DNA of 64,000 bases from Chiloscyllium plagiosum (taxonomy: Eukaryota): the NCBI RefSeq assembly GCF_004010195.1, contig NC_057757.1:3295851-3359850 (forward strand), given 5' to 3'. Positions 1-11,640 of this stretch are shown here, piece by piece; position 1 is the first letter of the stretch, and each line of letters opens with the position of its first letter. The notes under the pieces were generated by a model. The model did no database searches and was not told the origin of the DNA. It saw nothing but the letters and a program-made list of their open reading frames with translations. A program made the translations under genes and the position numbers.

Positions 1-123
1 GAAGAAGGGCTTATGCCCGAAACGTCGATTCTCCTGTTCCCTGGATGCTGCCTGACCTGCTGCGCTTTTCCAGCAACACATTTCCAGCTCTGATCTCCAG
101 CATCTGCAGACCTCACTTTCTCC
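1..123 (+). mobile_element. Penelope-like element 3' terminal repeat fragment with hammerhead motif (cut by window start)
   Basis: GAAGA-A-GGGC-TTAT-GCCC-GAAAC-GTC followed by the tail GATGCTGCCTGACCTGCTG...CCAGCATCTGCAG shared with other copies in the window. Confidence 0.8.
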
Positions 124-127
124 TCCT

Positions 128-381
128 GACTGTAGAGAGGTTAGGTGCCGGAGCATTGCTGCGAGCGTGGAGCGGACGATCTTGAAGGAGAACCGTTGCT
201 GGTGTTTTTGAATCTGTAGTCTGTACTGTTTGTCCTGTTCGGGTCCGCCTTTATTCCTGATGAAGGGCTCTTGCCCGAAACGTCGATTTCGAAGCGCCTT
301 GGATGCTGCCTGAACTGCTGTGCTCTTCCAGCACCACTAATCCAGAATCTGGTTTCCAGCATCTGCAGTCATTGTTTTTAC
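128..381. mobile_element. Penelope-like insertion: inverted ORF-like fragment (128-250, -) joined to hammerhead-bearing tail (251-381, +)
   Basis: Minus strand reads GPEQDKQYRLQIQKHQQRFSFKIVRSTLAAMLRHLTSLQS (assignment to PLE N-terminus is from memory); plus strand has CTGATGA-A-GGGC-TCTT-GCCC-GAAAC-GTC and the family tail. Confidence 0.7.
253..288 (+). ncRNA. Minimal type I hammerhead ribozyme motif (variant A)
   Basis: Intact core CTGATGA (257-263), stem II GGGC/GCCC, GAAAC-GTC (277-284); stem I is weak. Confidence 0.7.
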
Positions 382-2925
382 CCAATACAGAGTGTGCCCA
401 ACATGGACTGGAGTGGGCCCAGCACAGACCTGAGTGGGCCCAACATGGATTTGAGTGGACCCAACACGGACTGGAATGGACCCAAGACGGACTCAAGTGG
501 GTCTGGCGTGGGCGCAATACAGACTGGAGTGGGCCTAGTATAGACTGGAGTGGTCCCAGCACAGACTCAAGTGGACCCGATACAGACTGGAGTGGGCCCA
601 GCACAGTCGTGAATGGGCCCAATACATACTGGAGTGGGCCCAGCACAGACTGGAGTGGGGCCAATACAGACTGGAGTGGGCCCAATACAGACTGGAGTGG
701 GCCCAACATGGACTGGAGTGGGCCCAATACGCTGGACTGGGCCCAAAGCTTGACTGGAGTGGGCCTAGCAAATACTTGAGTCGCCCCACCACGGACTCGA
801 AACAGTCTAATACAGACTAGAGTAGGCCCATCGTGGACTTGAGTGGGCCCAGCGCGGACTCGAGTGGGCCCAGCACAGACTGGAGTGGGCCTAGTGTGGA
901 CTCGAGCGGGTCCAACACGGACTTGAATGGTCCTAATAGCACATACTGAAGTGAGCCCAATACGGACTGGAGTCGGCCTGGCACTAACTAGAGTGGGCCC
1001 AGCACAGACTAGAGTCGGCTCAATACAGACTGGAGTGGGCCCAGCACTGATTGGAGTGGGCCCAACACGGACGCGAATGGGCCCAATACAGAGTGTGCCC
1101 AACATGGACTGGTGGGCACAGCACAGACCTGAGTGGGCCCAACATGGATTTGAGTTGGCCCAACATGGACTGGAATGGACCCAATACGGATTCAAGTGGG
1201 TCTGGCACATACTGGAGTAGGCCTGGTATAGACTGGAGTGGGCCCAGCACAGACTGGAGTGGGCCCAGCACAGACTTAAGTGGACCCGATACAGATTGGA
1301 GTGGGCCTAACATGGACTCTAGTGGGCCTGGCACAGATTTGAGTGGGCCCAACGTGGACTCCAGTGGACCTGGCATAGACTCAGGTAGGCCCAGTACAGA
1401 CTGGAGTGGGCCCAGCACACACTCAAGTGGGCCCAATACAGATTGCATTGGGCCCAGCCCTGAATCCAGTGGGCCGGGCACAGACTCGAGTGGGTCCAGC
1501 ATGGACTGAAGTAGGCCCAGCACGGGCCTGAGTAGGCCCAGCATGGACTTGAGTAGGCCCAATACAGACTGGAATGGGCCCAGTATGGTCTCGAGTGGGC
1601 CCAATACAGACTGGAGTGGGTCCAGCACGGAATTGAATGGGCCAATTCAGACTGGGATGGGCGCAGCACAAACTCAAGTAGGCTCAGCACAGACTCGAGT
1701 AGGACTAGCACGGACTTGAGTTGGCCCAACACAGCTCGGGTAGGCCCAAAACAGACTGAAGTGGGCCAGGCACAGACTGAAGTAGGCCAGGCATTAGCTC
1801 GAGTGGGTCAGGCATCGACTCAATTAGGCCCAGCAGAGATTTGAGTGGGCCTAATACAGACTGAAGTGGGCCCAACACAGACTGGAGTGGGCCCAACACA
1901 GACTCGAGTGGGTCTGGCACGGACTCCTGTGGGCCCAACACGGACTGGAATGGGCCCAGCATGTACTCGAGTGGGCCCAACATGGACTGGAGTGAGCCTA
2001 ACATGGATTCGAGTGGGCCCAATACACTCTGGAGAGAGTCCAACACAGACTTCAGTGGGTCCGACATGAACTCGTGTGGGCATAACACAGATTGGAGTGG
2101 ACCCAACATGGATTCGAGTGTGCCCAGCACGGACTCGAAAGGGCCCAATACAGACTGGAGTGAGCCCAATATAGACTGGAGTTGGCCCAGCACAGACTCC
2201 AGTGTGCCCAGCATGGACTCGACTGGGCCCAATACAAACTGGAGTGGGCCCAATATAGACTGGGGTGGGCCCAATATAGACTGGAGTGGACCCAATATAG
2301 ACTGGATTGTGCCCAGCATGGACTCGAGTGGGCCCAATACAGATTGGAATGGGCCCAGTATAGTCTCGAGTGGGCCCAATACAGACAGGAGTGGGCCCAG
2401 CACAGACTGGAGTCATCCCAACATGGACTCGAAACAGCCCAATACAAACTGGAGTGGGCCCAATACAGACTGGAGTGGGCCCAACATGGACTCGAGTGGG
2501 CCCAACATGGACTCGAGTGGGCCCAGCACAGACTGGAGTGGGCCCAGCGCGGACTCGGGTGGGTTCAACACAGACTTGAGTGGGCCCAGCGCAGACGCGA
2601 GTGGGCCCAGCACAAACTGGAGTGGGCTCAACATGGACTCGAGTGGTTCAACACAGACTCAAGTGGACCCAATACGGACTGGAGTGGACCAACAGGGACT
2701 CGAGTGGGCCCAACAAGGACTTGAATGGACCCAGCATGGACTCATTTGGGCCCAGCACAGTCTGGAGTGGGACCAATACAGACTCAAGTGGGCCTAATAC
2801 AGATTGGAGCGGGCCCAATACAGACTAGAGTGGGCCAAGCACAGACTCAGGTGGGTCCGGCATGGACTGAAGTACGCCCAGCACGGGTTTGAGTAGGCCC
2901 AGTACAGACTCGAGTAGGCCCAGCA
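381..2925. repeat. 21-bp minisatellite, ~120 units, consensus CCCA(A/G)(T/C)A(C/T)(A/G)GACT(G/C)GAGTGGG
   Basis: Direct periodicity; generates the GPNTDWS / VLGPLQS / WAQHRLE pseudo-ORFs. Confidence 0.97.
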
Positions 2926-3314
2926 TACTTTGTGGCATGCCGAGTGAACACCCCACTTACTTTTCTGGGGTGAGCACAGGACGGAACATTGGAATCGGCA
3001 GCTGCTACATCGGCGGTGGTGACGTAGGCCCATCAGCGAAAGATGGCACCTGAGAATCAGCAACTTCTCTATTGGTTGGATCTGTTATAGACAGCAGAGA
3101 GGCAATGGAGGAAGGATTTGAGGCACAGACATGGCAGATGATGAGCTGGCTCAGGACTGACAGACTCCCTTTAAACTATATCTATTTATTTTTCTTATTT
3201 TTAAAACTATTCAAAATGGTGCCAGATTGTGGTGACAGTGGAGAAGCTTTTCACTGTATTTTACAGTTTTTCTCACTGTAAAATATGCCTGACAATAAAA
3301 TCATTCATTCATTC
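2926..3314 (+). mobile_element. 3' part of a non-autonomous retroposon with LINE-type tail
   Basis: GC-rich body, then AAGCTTTTCACTGTA...GACAATAAAA and (TCAT)n; resembles tails at 7640 (-) and 39105 (+). Confidence 0.6.
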
Positions 3315-3829
3315 AAGTTTAAAGTCAAGTCATTGTTCTCTGGGACAGAGGTTCCAAAGACAAACGGGCAGAAAGATGGAACTTGAACAACGTGCTGCAG
3401 TTAACTGTCAGTCATCATCTAACTGATGCACTCACCATGGCAATAGCTGTGTTAGTCATCACTCTCTTCTCGTACAGTCGTAATGGTCTTTATAGTTTGT
3501 ATTCTTGCGAGTTATCCTGATACAGATAGAAACATTCACAAGATATTTCCTTTTTTTCAGTGAAAATCAATATGCGTAATGCCATAACACTGCATGGTGG
3601 TTCCATTGCTGTTCGATGGATTATGTCCCTTGGAAATTGTCTGCCGATATTTCACACACCAAGAAGTGCCACGGGATGTCTTCAGAATGGTGAGAGGCAC
3701 TAGGGAAATGTAGCACCTTTCCCTTCACAGCCCTCCAGGCTGAAGTGCAGTCTCAGCAGCAGGAGGATGTAGACTCAGCGTGTGAGGGAAGAGTTGAGGA
3801 AGTGATACTGAGGAAAGTTAAGGAGTGTG

Positions 3830-5075
3830 GGACCATAAGATATAGGAGCAGAATTAGGCCATTCGGCCCATTGAATCTGTTCTGCCATTCAGTCGTGGTT
3901 CACATGTTTCTCAATCCCATTCTCCTTTCTTCCCCTCATAACTCTTGATTCCCCCTTACCAATCAAGAAACTATCCATCTCTGTCTTAAGGACACTCAAC
4001 AACTTGGCCTCCACAGCCCAGTGCAGCAATGAGTTCCACAGAGTCACCAGTCTCTGGCTAAAGAAAGTCCTCCTCATCTCAGTTCTCAAGTGTCATCCCT
4101 TCACCATGAGGCTGTGCCCTCAGGTCCTAGTCCCTCCTACCAATGGTAACATCTTCTCCATAGCGACTCGATCCAGGCCTCTCAGTATTGTGTAAGTTTC
4201 AGACAAATCCCCCACCCCCTTCCTTCTAAACCCCATTGGGTACAGACCCAGAGTCCTCCACCACTCCCCATATGACAAGCCCTTCATCCCCGGGATCACT
4301 CTTGTAAACCTCCTCTGGAACCCCGTCCAACGCCAGCATATCCTTCCTTAAGTACAGAGCCCCTAACTGCCTGCAATATTCCAAATGTGGTCAGACCAGA
4401 ACTATCTCTGCTCTTGTATTCAATCCCTGTTGAAATCAGAGGTGTTCTCTGAAACGCTCCGCAAGTAGCCGGCCTGTCTCCGCAAGTAGAGAGCCCCTAA
4501 CTGCCTGCAATATTCCAAATGTGGTCAGACCAGAACTATCTCTGCTCTTGTATTCAATCCCTGTTGAAATGAATGCCAATATTGCATTTGCCTTCCTAAC
4601 TGCCAACTGAATCTGCATGTTAGCATTAAGAGAATCCTGGGTGAGCTGAAAATGTGTTGTTGGAAAAGCGCAATAGGTCAGGCAGCATCCAAAGAGCAGG
4701 AGAATCGACGTTTCGGGCATGAGCCCTTCTTCAGGGCTGCGTATTTCCAGCAACATATTTTCAGCTCTGATCTCCAGCATCTGCAGTCCTCACTTTCTCC
4801 TTAAGAGAATCCTGAACTAGAATTCCCAAGTCTCTTTGTGCTTCAGATTTCCAAAGATTTTCCCCATTTAGTAAATAGTCTATTCTTCCAAACAAAGTGC
4901 ATGAAGTCACTCTTTGCCACATTGTGTACCATCTGTCACTTCTTTGCCTACTCTCCAGGCTTGTCCAAGTCCTTCTGCAGCCTCCTAGCTACCTCAACAC
5001 TATCTGTCCCTCCACCTATCTTTGTCATCTGCAAACCTAGCAACGATGCCTTCAGTTCCTTCATCCAGATCACTA
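3830..5075 (-). mobile_element. CR1 LINE 3' fragment (RT C-terminus and 3' UTR), interrupted twice
   Basis: Minus-strand peptides RTEMRRTFFSQRLVTLWNSL, AVRKANAILAFI..GIEYKSRD, TKIGG..RRLQKDLD. Confidence 0.9.
4640..4800. mobile_element. Fold-back Penelope-derived insertion with minus-strand hammerhead and 14-bp TSD
   Basis: TTAAGAGAATCCTG at 4626-4639 and 4801-4814; reverse complement of 4707-4734 = CTGAAGA-A-GGGC-TCAT-GCCC-GAAAC-GTC. Confidence 0.85.
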
Positions 5076-5082
5076 GTTGGGA

Positions 5083-5258
5083 CAATCTGAAACAAAAACA
5101 GAAATTGCTGAAAAAAGCTCGGCAGGTCTGGCAGCATCTGTGAAGAGAAATCAGAGTAAATGATTTCTCTCCACAGATGCTGCCAGAGTTGCCGAGCTTT
5201 CCCAGCAATTTCTGTTCTTGTTTCTGATTTACAGCAGCCGCAGTTCTTTGGGTTTTCA
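5083..5258. mobile_element. Palindromic Penelope-tail-derived insertion without hammerhead
   Basis: Inverted arms CAGAAATTGCTG...CTGGCAGCATCTGTG / CACAGATGCTGCCAG...CAGCAATTTCTG; same tail family as 52800-52890. Confidence 0.7.
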
Positions 5259-5777
5259 TTAATGGATAATGTTTATTTTCAAGTTGTTGGGGGGAGGGAG
5301 AGGCCTGGGGTAAGGAGTGATTGAGGGGCCAGCGATTGTAAGACAAAGCATTGGAGACTTTGGTGCACAGGTTTTACACCGCTATGCCCATCATTCTGTT
5401 GTCAAGCACAGATTTGAAGAGGGGTTTGCTTCCAAAAGGAGACACAAGGTGGCAGAATGGGTCTGGAAAACTGGTTAAGAGAAACATTTGAGCCTTCAGT
5501 CAGAGGGTATGCGTGCTAGGAGGTTTGTTCACCTCGTTTAAAACCAACAGGTCGGCCTCAGGGGGAGCACTGTGTCCAGTTTCGGGCCGTCGAACTTCAG
5601 CAAGGGGCTGAAGATGTTTGGTGGGGTGTGGAAGAGATTCACCAGGATGGTTCCAGGGATGAGGGTGAAGATAGAGCAGAGAGTGTTCTCCTCAGTGAGG
5701 AGAGAGAGGGCTGAGAGGAGGTTCGATCAAGGGAGAGAGGATGAAAAGGGAGATAGAGAGAAAGTGTTGGGGGTAAA

Positions 5778-6149
5778 NNNNNNNNNNNNNNNNNNNNNNN
5801 NNNNNNNNNNNNNNNNNNNNNNNNNNNNNNNNNNNNNNNNNNNNNNNNNNNNNNNNNNNNNNNNNNNNNNNNNNNNNNNNNNNNNNNNNNNNNNNNNNNN
5901 NNNNNNNNNNNNNNNNNNNNNNNNNNNNNNNNNNNNNNNNNNNNNNNNNNNNNNNNNNNNNNNNNNNNNNNNNNNNNNNNNNNNNNNNNNNNNNNNNNNN
6001 NNNNNNNNNNNNNNNNNNNNNNNNNNNNNNNNNNNNNNNNNNNNNNNNNNNNNNNNNNNNNNNNNNNNNNNNNNNNNNNNNNNNNNNNNNNNNNNNNNNN
6101 NNNNNNNNNNNNNNNNNNNNNNNNNNNNNNNNNNNNNNNNNNNNNNNNN
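5778..6149. other. Assembly gap (N run)
   Basis: Run of n. Confidence 1.
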
Positions 6150-6410
6150 ACCCTCACTCTCTCTCTTGCTATCTCTCGCCCTCTCTCCACTCTTTCTCCC
6201 CCTACCTTCTTTCTCGCTATCTCTCTCTGTCTCTCTCTCTCTTCCTCTCCACCCTCCCTCTCTCGTTCTCTCTGTCTGTTGTTTCATCTCTCCCTCCCTC
6301 TCTCTTTCTACCCCAGTCTCTGCCTCTCACTCTCCCTCCCTCCCTCTCATTCTCCCTCTCTCTCTCGGTCACGCTCTCTCTCCCTCACTCTCTCCCTCCC
6401 TTCTCTCTCT
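6150..6410. repeat. CT-rich low-complexity tract
   Basis: Degenerate (CT)n. Confidence 0.95.
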
Positions 6411-6494
6411 GAAGCTGTAGGGGCCATTTCTAATCCCGAGTGATTGTGGGAGCACCTCAGCCCGGAGGCTGCTGTGCCCCTGACTTTCAGACAG

Positions 6495-6645
6495 AGTGGT
6501 GTAGAGGGAGCTTTACTTTGTATCTAACCCCATGCTGCCCCTGTCCTGGGAGTGTTTGATGGGGGACAGTGTAGAGGGAGCTTTACTCTGTATCTAACCC
6601 TGTGCTGTCCCTGTCTGGGGAGTGTTTGGTGGGAATACTTTTGAT
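6495..6645 (-). repeat. Two units of the ~70-bp satellite also found at 35120-35620
   Basis: GTGTAGAGGGAGCTTTACT.TGTATCTAACCC twice; reverse complement of the 35-kb unit. Confidence 0.85.
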
Positions 6646-7639
6646 GGAACACTGCTCCAGAAAATGATCTTTACTTGAACAAGGACTGACCTCAGAAATA
6701 TGTTGGACAGAAGTTGATGTTAAGAATCCGGGAAAGATTTACAAAAGAAAACTGGAATTGGGAAAGCCATTGGATGAAAGTACTGGAAGGGACAATAGGA
6801 GAGTGTAATGTGACAGATCAGTATGAGTGGGTAGAAGAGTGAGTGATAGGAGGAAGCAATGGGAGGGAACAACAGGAGGGAGCAATAGCAGGAGCAATAT
6901 ATTGGACTAATAGGAGGGAGTAATAAATGGGAGTAATTAGGAGGAGCAGTAGGGGGTAGCAACGGGTGTGAGTTTTAGGTAGGAGTTACAGGAGCAGTAA
7001 CCGGTGGCATTATTTTAAATGAGTAGTAGGATCAATAGGAAAGGAGATCTCATGGAATGGGGAAGCAGATGGAATGAGGTGACATTCAACCAGAGACATT
7101 AATCAATTTATTTGTGGAGGCGTTGATTGAGTTAACTGAAGTAATTAGGCAATGAAAAGACAGTTCCAATAGAGGTGAATGAAGTGAACAGCAGTGGCTG
7201 CTGTCTGAGGTGAAGTTAATATTAAACGCATCGGGACTGTGTGTTAATATCCAGTGATGGTGTTTCTCTCTCAGCAGAGGCTGCAAGCCATTTGACATGC
7301 TTCCACTGTGCTCACTGAAGGGAGTCTTTCCCTACAGTTTATGGAAGGTTCATTAGTTTAAGAGAATTGGCGCAGTGAGAGGCAGGAGAGACAAAAACGC
7401 CGGAAGAGAATGAGAATCAGGACGACTGGGGTTGGGATGGGATCTGTCAGGATAATTAAACTCATAATTAAAAATGATTATTGCCCAATCTGTAGGTGAT
7501 GGCAAAAGGAGTGAAGACAAGTTATTGCTTTTCAGGCTGAATAAAAACAAAATCAATGAATTTTGACTAATGGACAGTGTTTAGAATTGATGCTGAAGCT
7601 CCCGATATGTTCACGAAAATGAATGCCCTGCACTATGGT

Positions 7640-7935
7640 TTGATTTGATTTGATTTATTAATGTTACATGCATTGAGATACAGTGAAAAGTATTGTTTTG
7701 CATGCTATCCAGGTAAATCACACATTATGTAAGTACATCAGGATAATGGAACAGAATGCAGAGTATTTGCAGAGAAGAAGCAACTCTAATATATGAGAGG
7801 TCTGTTCATGAGTCTGATCACAGTGGGGAAGAAGTGATTCATGAATCTGTTAGTATGTGTTTTCAAACTTTTGTACTTTCTGCCCAATGGAAGAGGGTGG
7901 AAGAGGTGAGAGGAATCTTTGATTATGTCATGAAT
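7640..7935 (-). mobile_element. LINE 3' end (Rex-Babar/L2-like tail)
   Basis: (TTTGA)n followed by TTTATT...ACAGTGAAAAG. Confidence 0.6.
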
Positions 7936-7949
7936 AATATACAAAGGAA

Positions 7950-8470
7950 GAGGTCTCTCAGTGACACTGTGGTAATGCTAATTCCGAAAGCTCGGGCTAC
8001 ATCTCTGGGGACATCAGTTCAAATCCCACTATTGGGTTGAAATTTAAATTCACACGATTAAAATCCGGAATTGAGAGCTAGTCTCGGTCATGATTGTTGT
8101 TAAAAAGCACCATCTGATTCACTTGTGGCCTTCAGCAAAGGAAATCTGCTGTCCTTATCAGATCTGGCTCCAGACCCATAACCATAGGGTTGAGCAAGCC
8201 ACTCCGCACAAGGCGGTAGAGAGGTAATGTCACTAGACTAGAGCTCACAGCTAAAATTCTGAGGTTCAAATCTCACCAGGATAGATGGTTAAAAATATAG
8301 AATAAAAAGTTCCTAATGATGAATCTATAACCACTTCCTATTCTTGTAAAAATCCCATCTAAATTCAGTAATCTCCCTTTACGAAGGGAATTCTATCCAT
8401 TCTGGCTTACACGTGACTCCAAGCCCACCGCCAGTGCGATTGACTGTTAGCTGCCATTTGGACATTTAGA
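7950..8470 (+). mobile_element. Two degenerate Deu-domain (SacSINE1-like) SINEs in tandem
   Basis: B-box-like GTTCAAATCC / GGTTCAAATCT and Deu-like CTGGCTTACACGTGACTCCAAGCCCAC. Confidence 0.6.
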
Positions 8471-8482
8471 CACTTATGGACT

Positions 8483-8817
8483 TCCTACAGTGTGGAAGTA
8501 GGCCAGTCAGCCCACTGAGTTCACACCAACTTTCCAAAAAGCATCCCACTCAGATCCACCCCCCTACCCAATGCCTGCAATCCTGCATTTTCTATGGCTA
8601 ACCTATTTAGCCTGCATATTTTTGGATACTATGGGCAATTCCCCATGGCCACTCCACCCTGACCTGCACGTCTTTGGACTGTGGGAGGAAACCGAAGCAC
8701 CCGGAGGAAACCCACGCAGACACGGGGAGAATGTGCAAACTCCACACAGACAGTCACCCGAGGGTGGAATCGAACCTGGGACCCTGGTGTTGTGAGGTGG
8801 CAGTGCTAACCATGCTG
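8483..8817 (-). mobile_element. HE1-type SINE
   Basis: V-domain GGAAACCCACGCAGACACGGGGAGAATGTGCAAACTCCACAC, B-box rc GGAATCGAACC, CR1-like tail. Confidence 0.92.
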
Positions 8818-8839
8818 CTCATTCTTGGAAGGACAGAGT

Positions 8840-9330
8840 CTCATTTGTATGGAGACAAACTGCAGAAAGCAGCAATACAAAGGGACTTGGCAGGACTTGG
8901 ACACAACACACAGAAAACCAGCACACAGATTCAGGAAGGGTAATGGAATGTTGGCCCTTATTTCAAGGGGGTTGGAATAGAAGTGTAGGGAAGTCTTACA
9001 GCAACTGCAAGACCCCCTTATTTAAGTCTAGTGAAGGTTCACTAGGATGATCCCCAGAATGGAGAGATTGTCTTATGAGCAAAGGCTAAATACGTTGGGA
9101 CTCCCCTCGCTGGACTTTAGGAAAATAAGAGATGATCTCATTGAAACAAATTGGATTCTTAAGGGGCTTGACAGATGCTTACTTTAGCATTTGGAATTCT
9201 CTTCCCAGAGGACAATGGAAGCCGAATGCTTCAAGGCTGAGAGAGATAGAGAGATGAGAGAGTCAAGGGTTAAGGGATGGGAAATGGATTTGAGACTATG
9301 GAAGGCTTGAGGGGCTGAATGGCCTCATAA
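8840..9330 (+). mobile_element. Degenerate CR1 3' fragment
   Basis: AATGGAATGTTGGCC...AGGTTCACTAGGATGATCCC...GGGGCTGAATGGCCT. Confidence 0.75.
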
Positions 9331-10274
9331 ATGCCTTTAACATGGGAAAATGCACTAGGGAACTTTAAACTGTCTTGAAACCTCAACGTTACAGTGGCTG
9401 AGTAGAGAGCTTTTGTGTTCAGCTTTGCTGTAAGCATGAATGCTGTGGAATGACTCACACAGACATTAAGGGAGATGCAATGCTACATTAGGTCGTGTCA
9501 AAAATCCTAGTGGCTTTAAACTCGGAGCTGTTTGTCACTCAGTAGACCAAGGATTGGCCTTTAATTCCTAAATCGGAGCCCGTGGGGAAAAGGTGTGGAG
9601 GAAGAGGCCATTCAGCCCCTAGAAGCTGCCGGCCCACTCAATCGGAGTGTGGTTTGTCACCATCGGGACTCAACCAACCTGCCACATTTCTCTCTTCATG
9701 CCCTTACCCAAGACTGAGATGGCCTGGAGGGTATAAGGGACCATGGCGGTGGGGGTGGTTGGATTGACACAGAGAATATAAAGGGGACATGAATATGTGA
9801 GGTGAGGGTGTGATTGGCATGGAGGGACCACAGTGGGGGTGGGAGGTGAGTGGTAGACCGTGGGTTGGCACTGATTCAGATAGAAGTCATAAAAGGGATA
9901 TGAATGTGCATGGCAGGGGTGCGCAAATCTCCTGAGAAGCCTCTGACCCCTTCGCTCCTAGACTCTGTCAGCGATTCAAGATGGCGGCTCATCACTGCCT
10001 TCTCAAGAGCAACTGGGGATTTGAAATAAATGCTGGCCCAGCCAGTGAAACCCGCATTCTGTCAAATAATAATAAAGTAAGACACTCCTTGTTATAGCAA
10101 AGTCCCACTTGCTCCCCACTCTCTGGGCAAAGAACTTTCTCTTCAACTTACAGGAGGGTTTATTCTTGACTGTCTTATGTTGCTGGCTCCTAGTTTTGGC
10201 CTCTCCTCTAAGGTGGAAACATCTGCTCTACTGCAACCTTTTCAAACCCTTCTGTAATCTCATTGTTATTCTGT

Positions 10275-10675
10275 CATAAGGCATCACTGTCTGGGTAAAC
10301 ATTTATTGCCCATCTCTAGTTGCCCCTTGCAAAGGTGGGGGTGAGCTGCCTTCTTGAACCACTAAAGTCTGTGTGCTGTAAGACCACCCATACAGTGCCA
10401 CAGTTCCAGGATTTTGATCCAGCGACACTCAAGGAATGGCAATATATCTCCAAGTCAGGAGGGGAACTCGCAGTGGGGTGGTGTTCCCATGTATCTACTG
10501 CCCTTGCTCTTCTAGATGGATGTGGTTGTGGGTTTGGAAAGTGCTGTTGAAGGATCTTTGGTGAATTCCTGTAATACATCTTGTAGATGGTACACACTAC
10601 TGTGACTGAGCATTGGTGGTGGAGGGAGTGGATGTTTGTGGATGTGGTGCCAATCAAGTGGGTTGCTTTGTCATG
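10275..10675 (-). mobile_element. CR1/L2-superfamily LINE 3' end (tail shared with Deu-SINEs)
   Basis: Peptide IHSLHHQCSVTVVCTIYKMY; tail rc ATTTATTGCCCATCTCTAGTTGCCC. Confidence 0.8.
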
Positions 10676-11640
10676 GAGTCATAGAGTTGTACAGCACAGA
10701 AACAGACCCTTCGGTCTAACTCATCCATGCCGACAATATATACTAAATTAATCTAGTCCCATTTGCCAGCATTTGGCCCATACCCATCTAAACCCTTCCT
10801 ATTCATGTACCCATCCAGATGCCTTTTACATATTGTAGTTCTACCAGCCTCCACCACCTCCTCTAGCAGCTCATTCCATACACACACCACCCTCTGAGTG
10901 AAAATGTTGCCCTTCAGGTCCCTTTTAAATCTTTCTCCTCTCACTTTAAACCTATACCCTCTAGTTTTGGACTCCCCTACCTTGGAAAAGACCTTGGCTA
11001 TTCACCCTATCCATGCCCCTCATGATTTTATAAATTTCTGTAAGGTCACTCCTTCACCTCTGACGCTCCACAGAAAATAGCCCCACTCTATTCAGCCTCT
11101 CCTTGTAGCTCAAACCTCCAATCCAGGCAACATCCTTGTATTTTTTTTCTGCGCCCTTTCCTTTTTAATACCATCCTTCCTATAGCAGGGCAACCAAAAC
11201 TGTACACAGTATTCCAAAAGTGGCCTCACCAACGTCTTGTACAGCTGCAACATGCCCTCCCAACTCCTATACTCGATGCTCTGACCAATGAAGGCAAGCG
11301 TGCCAAACACTTTCTTCACAACCTGATCTACCTGTGACATCAATTTCAAGGAAGTATTAACCTGTATCCCTCGCTCTCTGTTCGGCAACACACCCCAGGA
11401 CCTTACCGTTAAGTGTATAAGTTCTGCCCTGGTTTGTCTTAGCAAAATACAACACTCACATTTGTCTAAATTAAACTCCATTTGCCATTCCTTGGCCCCA
11501 TTGGCCCAGCTGATTAAGATCGCATTGTTCTCTTCGATAACCTTCTTCACTGTCTACTATAGCACCTACTTTGGTGTCATCTGCAAACTTACAAACCTTG
11601 CTTCTAATATTCCCACCCAAATCGAGAAACAGTGGCCCAG
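10676..11640 (-). mobile_element. CR1 LINE 3' ~1 kb
   Basis: WQMEFNLDKC, LYKTLVRPLLEYCVQFW, FTQRVVCVWNEL; GAGTCATAG tail. Confidence 0.93.

Noticed and set aside
251..2828. Long ORFs on both strands, or a CRISPR-like array
   Set aside because: These are products of a 21-bp tandem repeat with no unique spacers, no cas genes, and internal frameshifts and stops.
5572..6420. ORFs spanning the first N gap (and similar ones at 53954-55393)
   Set aside because: They are open only because N codons contain no stops.
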